Origin: a virus
Reading direction: 5' to 3' (one strand)
DNA: 64,000 nt
Virus record (IMG/VR): IMGVR_UViG_3300010885_027635
Coordinates: 27,667 to 91,666 of that record
The notes below the pieces were generated by a model. That model was not told where the DNA came from. It saw only the letters and a list, made by a program, of their open reading frames with translations, and did no database searches. Below are positions 9,595-18,056 of the stretch, piece by piece; the stretch's first letter is position 1, and the number at the start of each line of letters is the position of its first letter. Position numbers and translations under genes: made by a program.

Positions 9595-10673
9595 TGATAG
9601 TTTTCATCCATCCAGGTCCTCGACACTTTACCTGGATATTTCAATGGCAATGTATCTACTTGTTTAAGCAAACGTGGTCGGCAATGTTGATTGATGCTGA
9701 CTAGAAAGTTCTGTACTTCTTGTGGATTGCACTCGCCAACGTACAAACATTTAACATAGCTTTTTCCAAATATTGCACATTCTTGCATGTTGGGAAAATG
9801 TTCTGCTAATTGTCGTTCTATGCTGATGGGATTTATTTTGTAACCGTTTACATTGATTTGATCTACATGACGTCCTAGTATACGATAATATCCTGCTGAA
9901 TCTTGTTCAGCTAAATCTCCGGTATCAAACCAGTCGTTTACACATACAGTAGGACCTTTTATCAATAAATGATTGTTATCAATTTTGGCTTCAATGCCAT
10001 CTGGCAATCCCACTGTGCCCATGCGTTGTTCTCCGTGCAAAGGGTTGGTAAAGCAATGACTTATAGCTTCGGTCATGCCAAACGCTTCAATTACTGGCAC
10101 TTCAAACTTGGATCGAAGATGTTGATACAATGCATCTGGCAGTGCGGCGCTGGCAGCACGTATAAATCTCAAACTATCAAGTTCCATTTGCCCAACAACT
10201 TTTAAAATGGCAGGAACTGCTGTGATTAATGTTGGACTAAATTTAGGTAATTGTCTAAGTTCTGGAACTGATAAAAAATTCATTTCGCACCCGGCTCTAA
10301 GTGCAGCCCAATAAAATGCTTGACCGTGTGCATGAGCCAAACTCATTACACTGACATATCGATCGTTGGCTGTCAACTCGTAACTATCGCACATGGTCTT
10401 AGTCAACATGTTCAACTGATCTTGCGAATATCCATAAAACTTACTATCGCCTGTGGTGCCAGACGTGTACATGAATATGCGTTCGTTTTTATAGTTGCCG
10501 CCATCTCTATAATGCTCGCCGTCTGCGGTAATTAATAAACTGTAGTCGGATTTTTCTAATAGATATTGTTTTCGTGCATCAGTGACTGCGGGCTCCACAA
10601 TCATAATACTGTACTCATCAAGATTCTTTATGTAATCTTGCGGATTAGAAACACAAAGTACTGCTCGCTTCAT
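9591..10673 (-). CDS. AMP-binding acyl-CoA synthetase-like enzyme (truncated N-terminus)
   Basis: YTSGTTGDSK, FGMTEA, WFDTGDL, GRHVDQINVNGYKINP, GKVSR. Confidence 0.85.
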   Translation of the reverse strand: MKRAVLCVSNPQDYIKNLDEYSIMIVEPAVTDARKQYLLEKSDYSLLITADGEHYRDGGNYKNERIFMYTSGTTGDSKFYGYSQDQLNMLTKTMCDSYELTANDRYVSVMSLAHAHGQAFYWAALRAGCEMNFLSVPELRQLPKFSPTLITAVPAILKVVGQMELDSLRFIRAASAALPDALYQHLRSKFEVPVIEAFGMTEAISHCFTNPLHGEQRMGTVGLPDGIEAKIDNNHLLIKGPTVCVNDWFDTGDLAEQDSAGYYRILGRHVDQINVNGYKINPISIERQLAEHFPNMQECAIFGKSYVKCLYVGECNPQEVQNFLVSINQHCRPRLLKQVDTLPLKYPGKVSRTWMDENYQ

Positions 10674-11602
10674 CAGTTACTCCGGGATTGATTAATTTCG
10701 TTACGATATTTGTTGCGAAGGTATCGTATGCTTGCAATTCTTTTATTGTAAAAGTCCGTTACTGTGACATTGTCAAATACTGAACTACGCATGTCACTTA
10801 GTTGTTGTATTTCGGCTAGCCCAACACTTTTTGTAGCTTGGTCTAATATTTTTCCAATGCTGACTCTTTTTTCTTCTAACATTGCCTGATTGGACATGAC
10901 AATATTAAACACCGACGGCACATCAATGCCCTGCTCCTTGAGTGTTTTTAACTTTGGGTCCGCTGAATATCTTGTAGGGCAACTCATTGCAATGGCTTTC
11001 ATTTTGGGATTTAATTTTTCAAATTGTTTCACCACAGATATGCGTTCAATTCCAAAATTTATACCATTATTGCCGGCCATATTTACTACTGCATCGTAGT
11101 TTGATTTGAACACAATCAAACGACTAGAAAGTCCATACTTTTCAGCAATGGACATGGCTGTAAGATGTGTCACATTGCCAAACCCGACGGTACCTATTGT
11201 TATTTCTCCTGTGCCTTTCATGCTTGATAGATCGCCTGGGCGTGTGGCTGTTGAAGAAATCACTGCCCAGCATGCATCACCAATACTGTGAACTGGGCGA
11301 TAATCCTCTTCTTTGATTGTACCAGCTTCCAGATTGTCCACAAAAGCTGCATGAATAATTGCTAACCGAGACTGTGGATGCTCATTCATTGTAGTCAATG
11401 CAATTACACCTTGTGCTCCTGGTTTAAGTTCCATTACAAATACGTATTTTTTTTGTTGAACATTGGCACGTTCTAATACCTTTTGAAATGCTACATTGCC
11501 GCCATGTCCAGCACTGTACGGGGAGTATACCGTGATGACTTCTTGTGCCATTGCTGGCAATGCTAAAAATAATAACGCTAAAAATTTAAACACAATTACC
11601 AT
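10673..11602 (-). CDS. Bug/TctC tripartite tricarboxylate transporter substrate-binding protein
   Basis: Signal peptide; PYSAG, ELKPGAQGVIA, GTVGFGNVTHL and TLKEQG motifs of the Bug family. Confidence 0.75.
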   Translation of the reverse strand: MVIVFKFLALLFLALPAMAQEVITVYSPYSAGHGGNVAFQKVLERANVQQKKYVFVMELKPGAQGVIALTTMNEHPQSRLAIIHAAFVDNLEAGTIKEEDYRPVHSIGDACWAVISSTATRPGDLSSMKGTGEITIGTVGFGNVTHLTAMSIAEKYGLSSRLIVFKSNYDAVVNMAGNNGINFGIERISVVKQFEKLNPKMKAIAMSCPTRYSADPKLKTLKEQGIDVPSVFNIVMSNQAMLEEKRVSIGKILDQATKSVGLAEIQQLSDMRSSVFDNVTVTDFYNKRIASIRYLRNKYRNEINQSRSN

Positions 11603-12510
11603 CCTTCCTGCTGTCTAATTACGTCAATCTCTCGGACCATAACACCCAGGTTGTGCCAGTTACTTCTATAATGATGTTTAAAGAATTTGCTTTCTTGTTC
11701 GTCAAGTCTGTTGATTGGCAAGTCTAACTGTGTAACTAAATCCTCGGCTACTCGTCCGGCTAGCAGTTCTGGATCACCAGACTCAACTGTTTGCCATAGA
11801 TCTTCGAGTGCGGCAAAGTCTTGTACTAATCGATAATCCCAATCAGTCAGCATGGTCATGTAGGTGCCCATACGACTGCCAGCTATAGCCCAAATACCGT
11901 GCTCCACATCTCTGCCCACATTGTGCCAGACAGTTAAATGATCTAGATTGCGTTGATGTACACGGTGTTGAAAGTCAGTTAATGTAGGACGGGCACCTTT
12001 GTTCAGGCACATCTTGACACCTTCACGAAATCCGGCACGCCAGGCCTGGAAGGCGGTGGCATTAGGGTATGTTGTACTATAACAATCGTGCATGGCATAG
12101 TAGTTGGGATAGAAACAAAACTCTACATCGTTTTCTGCTGACCCATCTGTGGCTTCGTGTGTACGCATGGCATAGATAAATTCTTTAGACCATACGCTTA
12201 GGCCACCATTGCCGTACATGAGTCCGTTGACGTGATTTTTGGCACGCCAGCGATAAGCACATACTTCGTCAACTTCCAAGGTCAGATTAAAGAACTTAGG
12301 GTCCGGGATATTATCTCCGTCAATAAGCACAAAGCGATCAGTGCCACTTGCATCTGCGGCTGCTTTGTGTGCGGCATCTGATCCCTTGACTCCGTCAACA
12401 CGTACTGCCCATGGCACCATGTTTTTAATCTTAACCCATGTTTCTTCCTTGTTGGGTTCATCGTAGGTCAGATAAACACAATCTAAGTCTGCTATATCAA
12501 TTTGTTTCAT
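11596..12510 (-). CDS. Phage glycosyltransferase (GT-A fold)
   Basis: YDEPN...RVDGVKGSDAAHKAAA...FVLIDGDN (DxD), NGLMYGNGG, AWRAGFREGVK. Confidence 0.65.
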   Translation of the reverse strand: MKQIDIADLDCVYLTYDEPNKEETWVKIKNMVPWAVRVDGVKGSDAAHKAAADASGTDRFVLIDGDNIPDPKFFNLTLEVDEVCAYRWRAKNHVNGLMYGNGGLSVWSKEFIYAMRTHEATDGSAENDVEFCFYPNYYAMHDCYSTTYPNATAFQAWRAGFREGVKMCLNKGARPTLTDFQHRVHQRNLDHLTVWHNVGRDVEHGIWAIAGSRMGTYMTMLTDWDYRLVQDFAALEDLWQTVESGDPELLAGRVAEDLVTQLDLPINRLDEQESKFFKHHYRSNWHNLGVMVREIDVIRQQEGW

Positions 12511-12850
12511 TGGTCTCTAAATTCCATTTGATGTGCGGTTGATCGTCAGCTACAACAATACAAACATCCTTAGGATTGCAACAAATACCATCAACGGTGC
12601 TGGGCACTAGTTTTGTTACTGTTTGTGGCGGAACAATTTGAATAATTTTACCATCAACAACGCAAATGTTTGTGGCTTGTATTTGAAATGTTACTGGATC
12701 AACTTCGATATATTTACCGGGACGATCCTCGTGACTGTATTCTATTGGTCGTCCTTGGTCATCGTAGTACAAACGAAATAGTACTGTTGGCGGAGTCCAC
12801 GGTTCTAAATTATTAAAAATTTCCAAAAAGTTTTGTGTGGTTTCATTCAT
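12497..12850 (-). CDS. Hypothetical protein
   Basis: 117-aa ORF translationally coupled within the operon. Confidence 0.6.
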   Translation of the reverse strand: MNETTQNFLEIFNNLEPWTPPTVLFRLYYDDQGRPIEYSHEDRPGKYIEVDPVTFQIQATNICVVDGKIIQIVPPQTVTKLVPSTVDGICCNPKDVCIVVADDQPHIKWNLETNETN

Positions 12851-13127
12851 CGTTGCTTTTTTGATTGTTACGTTTTTCTTGGATCGTCAGTTTGTCTTCG
12901 CCTTTGCGGGCTCGATTATGTCTGGGATTACCGCAGAGTGTACAATGAGCTTGGCCACAATCCATGGCATGATGTTTGGCCAATCTATGCGGTTGTGCTT
13001 CATCAATACGTTTTGACGCTTCACCAAAGTTCTTGTGAGCTTTAATAATGTTAAGCTGTTTTTTGATTGCCCGCCACGCACGATGCATACGTGTATTGTG
13101 TTTAGTTTTATCTTGATCGTTGCTCAT
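12843..13127 (-). CDS. Small basic protein with CxxxxCxxC putative zinc finger
   Basis: HAMDCGQAHCTLCGNPR; start at MSNDQ (13127) gives a TAATG overlap with the upstream gene. Confidence 0.6.
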   Translation of the reverse strand: MSNDQDKTKHNTRMHRAWRAIKKQLNIIKAHKNFGEASKRIDEAQPHRLAKHHAMDCGQAHCTLCGNPRHNRARKGEDKLTIQEKRNNQKSNDE

Positions 13128-13855
13128 TATATCCTCCAATTTTTAACGTGATAGTGTACAAAGCCTGTCTGTGCTATTGTGTTTATCCTTAATCCAGGAT
13201 TGGTGTTTTCCCAGACTAATTCTTTAGTCCAATCGTTGGTACGAGTGGGCACGATATGTCGTTTCATGTGAACAATCAGAGGTCCAATACCCACAGGCAA
13301 CGTAACTGTTTCTGGACCCATAATCTGTGCGGCCATGGCATACACCACATCAGTTGTTGCCTGTTCGTCTGGAAATTTCAACAAGGTTTTATATTGGTCC
13401 CAATGTTCAAAAATTTGTTTTACCAATTGAAAAAACTCTTGTGCTGTTTTACTCACACGCCAATAGGTTATAGCATTATATACGTCAGGCAAGTTGTTTG
13501 CGTCAAATAATTTACGATAGTATCTTGATTGCCCGGTATTACCATAAAAATCTCTGCAACCTTGGCTTATAACCACGTCACGCTTTTCTAACAGTGTCCA
13601 CCAATGATCAATTGGGCCAGTAGCAATCATGTCTGCTTCCAATTTGATAGTTTGTCTGTAAGGGCTGGTGGCAAAACATTGCCAGTCATTGGCGTAACCT
13701 ACAAGATCACCATGTGGCAACATTTCTCTTGTGAGAATAGTTATGTTGGCTTCTGGATGCCATTGACGTATACTGTCGGCTAGTTGTTCGGCACAAGCCA
13801 CATACACATTGCCAATGGCTGGAATCAAGTAACCACGTTCAGCTGTTATTGGCAA
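13127..13855 (-). CDS. Nucleotide-diphospho-sugar transferase (GT8-like)
   Basis: YVACAEQLADSI, SPYRQTIKLEADM, final HYH. Confidence 0.65.
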   Translation of the reverse strand: MPITAERGYLIPAIGNVYVACAEQLADSIRQWHPEANITILTREMLPHGDLVGYANDWQCFATSPYRQTIKLEADMIATGPIDHWWTLLEKRDVVISQGCRDFYGNTGQSRYYRKLFDANNLPDVYNAITYWRVSKTAQEFFQLVKQIFEHWDQYKTLLKFPDEQATTDVVYAMAAQIMGPETVTLPVGIGPLIVHMKRHIVPTRTNDWTKELVWENTNPGLRINTIAQTGFVHYHVKNWRI

Positions 13856-14594
13856 CGATGGCTCCTAGTTGTTGTTTGCCCATGGCATGAAAGTCTTGTC
13901 GCAATTCAATCCAACGTGGCTTATTATCTGCGGTTAAAAAGTCCACACGATAACGATCCGAGTCTAACTGTGTTAACCGATGGTCTAGAGTTAAACTGGC
14001 CAACGACCAAGGAATATCTGTAGTTTGTAGCGTGTGACCGTTTTCAATGTTTAGTGCTATACTGAGTGCATGATCGTTACGATATGTTGTTCTTGTATTG
14101 GCGTATAAATTTCTATAGTGTGTCCAGTTGTTGCGGATCATGGCCATTGACTCAAATATGGCCTGTGCTTTTTTGCTTCGACGAAATACCATAACTGTGG
14201 CCCACCACATGGGCATGTGATAGTTTCCAAAATAATTTAAGTCTTCAAATGTTTGTAATCCTGTAACATCATATGCCCAACGATGGCATAAAAAATCTTG
14301 ACGGCTGTCTAATAACACTTGTAACTGATTGCTAGCCACCACATAGTCTGCATCCAATACTAAGGTCTGATCAAATGGTGACGCTTGATACACATCCATG
14401 CGATTTAGATTGTGCCATGTTACTGAACCCACATCTGTAAAATGTCTTGTGTTGGTGCTGGGTGCGGTATCGTCAGTTATTATGTGTGTTGGTATGCCAA
14501 GATGACGCTCAATGTTACGGGCTGACCAGTGAGCCATGGCCTCATAGTCGATCTGTTCATTGTTGCGAGCAAAAATTACAGCACCGGTGGTCAT
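13839..14594 (-). CDS. Nucleotide-diphospho-sugar transferase (GT8-like)
   Basis: SPFDQTLVLDADY (DxD), RNDHALSIAL; paralog of 13127-13855. Confidence 0.7.
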   Translation of the reverse strand: MTTGAVIFARNNEQIDYEAMAHWSARNIERHLGIPTHIITDDTAPSTNTRHFTDVGSVTWHNLNRMDVYQASPFDQTLVLDADYVVASNQLQVLLDSRQDFLCHRWAYDVTGLQTFEDLNYFGNYHMPMWWATVMVFRRSKKAQAIFESMAMIRNNWTHYRNLYANTRTTYRNDHALSIALNIENGHTLQTTDIPWSLASLTLDHRLTQLDSDRYRVDFLTADNKPRWIELRQDFHAMGKQQLGAIVANNS

Positions 14595-14896
14595 CTGTTT
14601 TGATTAAGTTCTTCGTATTCTACTAGCCAGGCTGTCATTTGTTCTTGCCAGTGACTGCGTACTTGATCTCGAAACTCGCGAGTTTGTACTCGGATTGGCG
14701 TTTCATACAGGTCAAGTAACACTGAATCAGGGCTGGTACAAGCGGCTAATACAGCCAATAACTCCGGACCTGCTGACCACATTCCACCACTGTGGGCAAA
14801 TGTTAATTTGGCTTGGTATTTTTCTTTAAGCAGGCGTTTGTTTGCGGTATGCTCAAAACGAGCACGACCATGAGAGATTAATTGATCTGGATTCAT
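14591..14896 (-). CDS. Hypothetical protein
   Basis: 101-aa ORF heading the glycosyltransferase operon; ATGA overlap with the next gene. Confidence 0.65.
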   Translation of the reverse strand: MNPDQLISHGRARFEHTANKRLLKEKYQAKLTFAHSGGMWSAGPELLAVLAACTSPDSVLLDLYETPIRVQTREFRDQVRSHWQEQMTAWLVEYEELNQNR

Positions 14897-14902
14897 AGAT
14901 TA

Positions 14903-14931
14903 ATTATACTACAAAAAGCGGACAAGGTAAA
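14903..14931 (-). promoter_or_regulatory. Sigma70-like promoter
   Basis: Minus strand TTTACC-17 nt-TATAAT upstream of 14896. Confidence 0.45.
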
Positions 14932-14949
14932 GCCCCTTGCGGGGCTTTT
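14929..14949 (-). terminator. Intrinsic terminator after the tail fibre genes
   Basis: AAAGCCCC-GCAA-GGGGCTTT stem with a GNRA loop on the minus strand. Confidence 0.7.
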
Positions 14950-14968
14950 GGTAATACTGTTGTTACTG

Positions 14969-15964
14969 TTATGCAAATGCAGCAGTAATGGTTGGAGTAC
15001 CCCAGGTGTTGGTTATATAAGTTGTTTCTGGTGGAATATATGTGACCAAGGTAGTTGGTGCTGTACCAACAATGGTTGTGTTAGGTGATGGAGTATCTGT
15101 ACCACCCGAAATATTATCACTACTACCTGCACCAGAACCACCTGGATCAACCCAGGTTGTACTAAAGGTAATCACTGTAGGTGTAGCACTGTTTACACTG
15201 GCGTTCAGCTGAATGTACTGACCTGTGTATGGTGCGGTGTCAGCAAATTGCTTGTACAATGTCACCGGACTTGTAGTCAATGCAAAAGCACCAGTGGCTG
15301 TGGCCAATGTAGTTGCTCCGCCTGTGCCGCCAATTTTGGTAGTACCAGTGTAAGGCACACTTACAATGTTCTTGCTACCAGCCGATCCAGTCAAGTAAAT
15401 ATCGCCACAAAGAGTAGTAGCCAAGTCGTTCCACTCAGGGTCAGCCAGTGTGCCAGTACTTGACTTGGCCACGTCCCACTTGATTCTACCACCACTGTTG
15501 AAGAAGTTGTTGAATGCAGTATTGTTGGCAAATGTGATAGTGTGTGTGAATGTAATTGTCCAGGCTGTACTGCCACTACCGGTAGCACTAGTTTTTGCTG
15601 TACTTCCTGTCCAGGTACCATATGGTGTGCCGACTGTGAGAGCATTATCACGACTGTTGTAGCAGTTGGTAATGTCTGTGTTAACGTTGGCCAACACTTG
15701 AATAAGGTTGGTAGCAACCGGAGCCGCCCTTGAAGTAATTGAGGTGCCTTGGTGGCTGGCCATGTTGCTGATTTTGTTAACCAGATCTGACCATTTGGTA
15801 GCTGTTACAGTATCACCGGCTGCTACTGTAGTAATGTTACCCTGGCCGTAGCCAGCACCCACTATGGATTGGCCCCAAGTGGCATTGATATTGGCACCTG
15901 ATGTGGTGCTGACAAAACCATTATAGTCTGTGGCTTGTATTAGTCCTGTAGATACGTAAGTCAT
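14969..15964 (-). CDS. Thr/Gly-rich virion (short fibre / baseplate appendage) protein
   Basis: MTY..G.LIQATDYN, GYGQ, FFNSGG.I; sits in the tail module; very Thr-rich. Confidence 0.6.
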   Translation of the reverse strand: MTYVSTGLIQATDYNGFVSTTSGANINATWGQSIVGAGYGQGNITTVAAGDTVTATKWSDLVNKISNMASHQGTSITSRAAPVATNLIQVLANVNTDITNCYNSRDNALTVGTPYGTWTGSTAKTSATGSGSTAWTITFTHTITFANNTAFNNFFNSGGRIKWDVAKSSTGTLADPEWNDLATTLCGDIYLTGSAGSKNIVSVPYTGTTKIGGTGGATTLATATGAFALTTSPVTLYKQFADTAPYTGQYIQLNASVNSATPTVITFSTTWVDPGGSGAGSSDNISGGTDTPSPNTTIVGTAPTTLVTYIPPETTYITNTWGTPTITAAFA

Positions 15965-15976
15965 TGTTGTTTCCTA

Positions 15977-17245
15977 TTATTTAATTGTAACGATGGCTTC
16001 AACGGTGCCTTCGCTGGCGTCTAATTTTGCTGTCAAACTGCGGCCAATAACATTAAACGCAGTGGCTTCTCCTGGCTGTGCTGTACGAGCAAAACCGTTT
16101 CCAGCAGCAACCAATCGGTCACCTTTGGCAATCGATCCAATGACTCTTACAGGAACTCGTCCAGTCATTGCAACTGGGGGATGTGTAGCGTCTGATCCTG
16201 CTTGGCTATTCATTAGATAGGCAGCTCTAGTACTTATTACACCAAACACAGTTTCGCTTAATTCCGTAGTAGAACGGGTAATTTCTGCTGTGCCACCCAG
16301 TTCAACCACGGTACCAGCTTCGTAAATTTCATCAGCAGCAAAGCGTTCTGCCACGTCGGCGTACTGAGCATTAACTTGTGTACCGCTAACAACACCGTTG
16401 GCACCAAAAATAGTCAAACAGGTTGTAGGAACACCACCAATGTTTACACCAAATGTCAAGTTACCACCTGATGTGTTGTTTTTAATTTGTGCTGTTGTGC
16501 CAGAAACGCTGAGTCGCAAATCTTGATCAACCCCAACTGCAAAACCTGTGTCATTTAACACTGCTAGTGTGCCGCTGGTTGTGTCGTTTTCGTCACTGCG
16601 TAGGAACTGTGTGGAGTCTAAACTGTCAAGCAACTGTGAATCTGTTGCTGTGCCTTGGAATAACCAAGTAGCACTGGCTGTAGACATGTTAAGGCCTGGC
16701 TTGACTTGACTGAATCCAGAGATAGCTGGGTTTGGACTCCACGCTGTGGTGTCCTTGCTTAGGATCATTTGAATAACATTATCAATAGTAAATTCAATAA
16801 CGTCGTGTGTAAAGTTTCCAGTGTCTGTTAATGTGGCTGCCTGTACACCAGTACCTGCCACAACTGATGGACCAACGGTTAGCCAAGTGGTGCCGGTCCA
16901 TACTTTCAATAATTGGTTGGTTGTATCATACCACAGGTCGCCAGTTACGTTACCAGTTGGAGCTGTAGAACTTGAAGTGGCAGCACTAATAGTTTTGAAT
17001 GTTGTGCCGTTGTATACTTTTAATAGACTGTTGGTCTGATCCCACCAAAGCTGTCCTTCCAAAGGTGCACCTGGGGGTGTAGTGTTTGACCCGTTTTCTA
17101 ATAGGTGAATAAAGTTTTCATCTAGAAAATCGCCGTAGCCAGCGTAGTTCTTACCGATCAGGGTCATTGAACTGGATGTATTAATTGTACCATCAGGAAT
17201 GGTAGCAAAAATAGTACCGTCAGTTAAGTTAATTGTATATGCCAT
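15977..17245 (-). CDS. Tail fibre-like protein with C-terminal intramolecular chaperone/autoproteolytic domain
   Basis: N-terminal LIGKNYAGYG...ENFIHLLEN, GQLWWD repeats; C-terminal YADVAERF...VFGVIST...MTGRVPV (peptidase G2/IMC-like). Confidence 0.7.
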   Translation of the reverse strand: MAYTINLTDGTIFATIPDGTINTSSSMTLIGKNYAGYGDFLDENFIHLLENGSNTTPPGAPLEGQLWWDQTNSLLKVYNGTTFKTISAATSSSTAPTGNVTGDLWYDTTNQLLKVWTGTTWLTVGPSVVAGTGVQAATLTDTGNFTHDVIEFTIDNVIQMILSKDTTAWSPNPAISGFSQVKPGLNMSTASATWLFQGTATDSQLLDSLDSTQFLRSDENDTTSGTLAVLNDTGFAVGVDQDLRLSVSGTTAQIKNNTSGGNLTFGVNIGGVPTTCLTIFGANGVVSGTQVNAQYADVAERFAADEIYEAGTVVELGGTAEITRSTTELSETVFGVISTRAAYLMNSQAGSDATHPPVAMTGRVPVRVIGSIAKGDRLVAAGNGFARTAQPGEATAFNVIGRSLTAKLDASEGTVEAIVTIK

Positions 17246-17294
17246 TTATGTTACTCCGTCCTTTTATATTTATCGCAAGATAATCTATACATAT

Positions 17295-17900
17295 TTATGC
17301 TGCACTTAGATTAGTTAAAGTCTGTATACGCAGTGTATAGTCTATTTGTATCTGGCGATTTAAGCTCTTTTGTACTGGGTGAAAAATTACATGGGTAATC
17401 AAACGCAGGTCTGCGGCACTACCATTCCAGCTTTTTAATCCTAATTCATCAAATACATATTCGCCATTGAAATTAGTACTGTTATCAAAGGCTTGTTGTC
17501 CAGCAGGTTCGCCATAGTCCAACAAACAAGTTACCAAAATATCAGTATAAACTTTACCAGATGTGTGTAGCACTTCCATTTTGTTGTTGGCAGGGTCTGT
17601 ATCTGCTGCCGCATTGTCATCTACCACTTTGGCGTAGGTTTCGTTGTACAGGTCTGCATTTTGCCCAGTGATATTAGGGGGCAAATATGTAATAACACCA
17701 GTAGGGTCTACACTGCTTCCGCCATTACCAAAGGCCATTTCATAGATGTATCCCAAGTTTCTATCACTCAAGGTTTGTGCCATGGCAATACTAATGTTTT
17801 CATAATGAATTGCGTTCTTTTTATCCACTAGAACTTCGCCAGAGTTGGGATCCGTAATTTTAACAAATCCTTCAATTTTAGCTAAACCTGGTTGAATCAT
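17295..17900 (-). CDS. Conserved virion structural protein (baseplate/fibre junction)
   Basis: KKNAIHYEN, MAFGNGG, FDELGL, THVIFHPVQKSLNR; lies between the baseplate and fibre genes. Confidence 0.6.
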   Translation of the reverse strand: MIQPGLAKIEGFVKITDPNSGEVLVDKKNAIHYENISIAMAQTLSDRNLGYIYEMAFGNGGSSVDPTGVITYLPPNITGQNADLYNETYAKVVDDNAAADTDPANNKMEVLHTSGKVYTDILVTCLLDYGEPAGQQAFDNSTNFNGEYVFDELGLKSWNGSAADLRLITHVIFHPVQKSLNRQIQIDYTLRIQTLTNLSAA

Positions 17901-18040
17901 GCTCTCTTCTCCACAAATTTCTCTTTGGTGTTTGGGTCAAATATCTTTACAAATCCTTCAACACTAATACTTCCAGTTTCATTAGGACGTTTAGCAACAG
18001 GTGTTGTGTTTGGTGCTGATTGTGCGGTATTTTGCGTCAT
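17897..18040 (-). CDS. 47-aa small protein absent from the ORF track
   Basis: MTQNTAQSAPNTTPVAKRPNETGSISVEGFVKIFDPNTKEKFVEKRA; preceded by TAAATA (18045-18050), ATGA overlap with the downstream gene. Confidence 0.7.
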   Translation of the reverse strand: MTQNTAQSAPNTTPVAKRPNETGSISVEGFVKIFDPNTKEKFVEKRA

Positions 18041-18056
18041 GATGTATTTACCTTGC

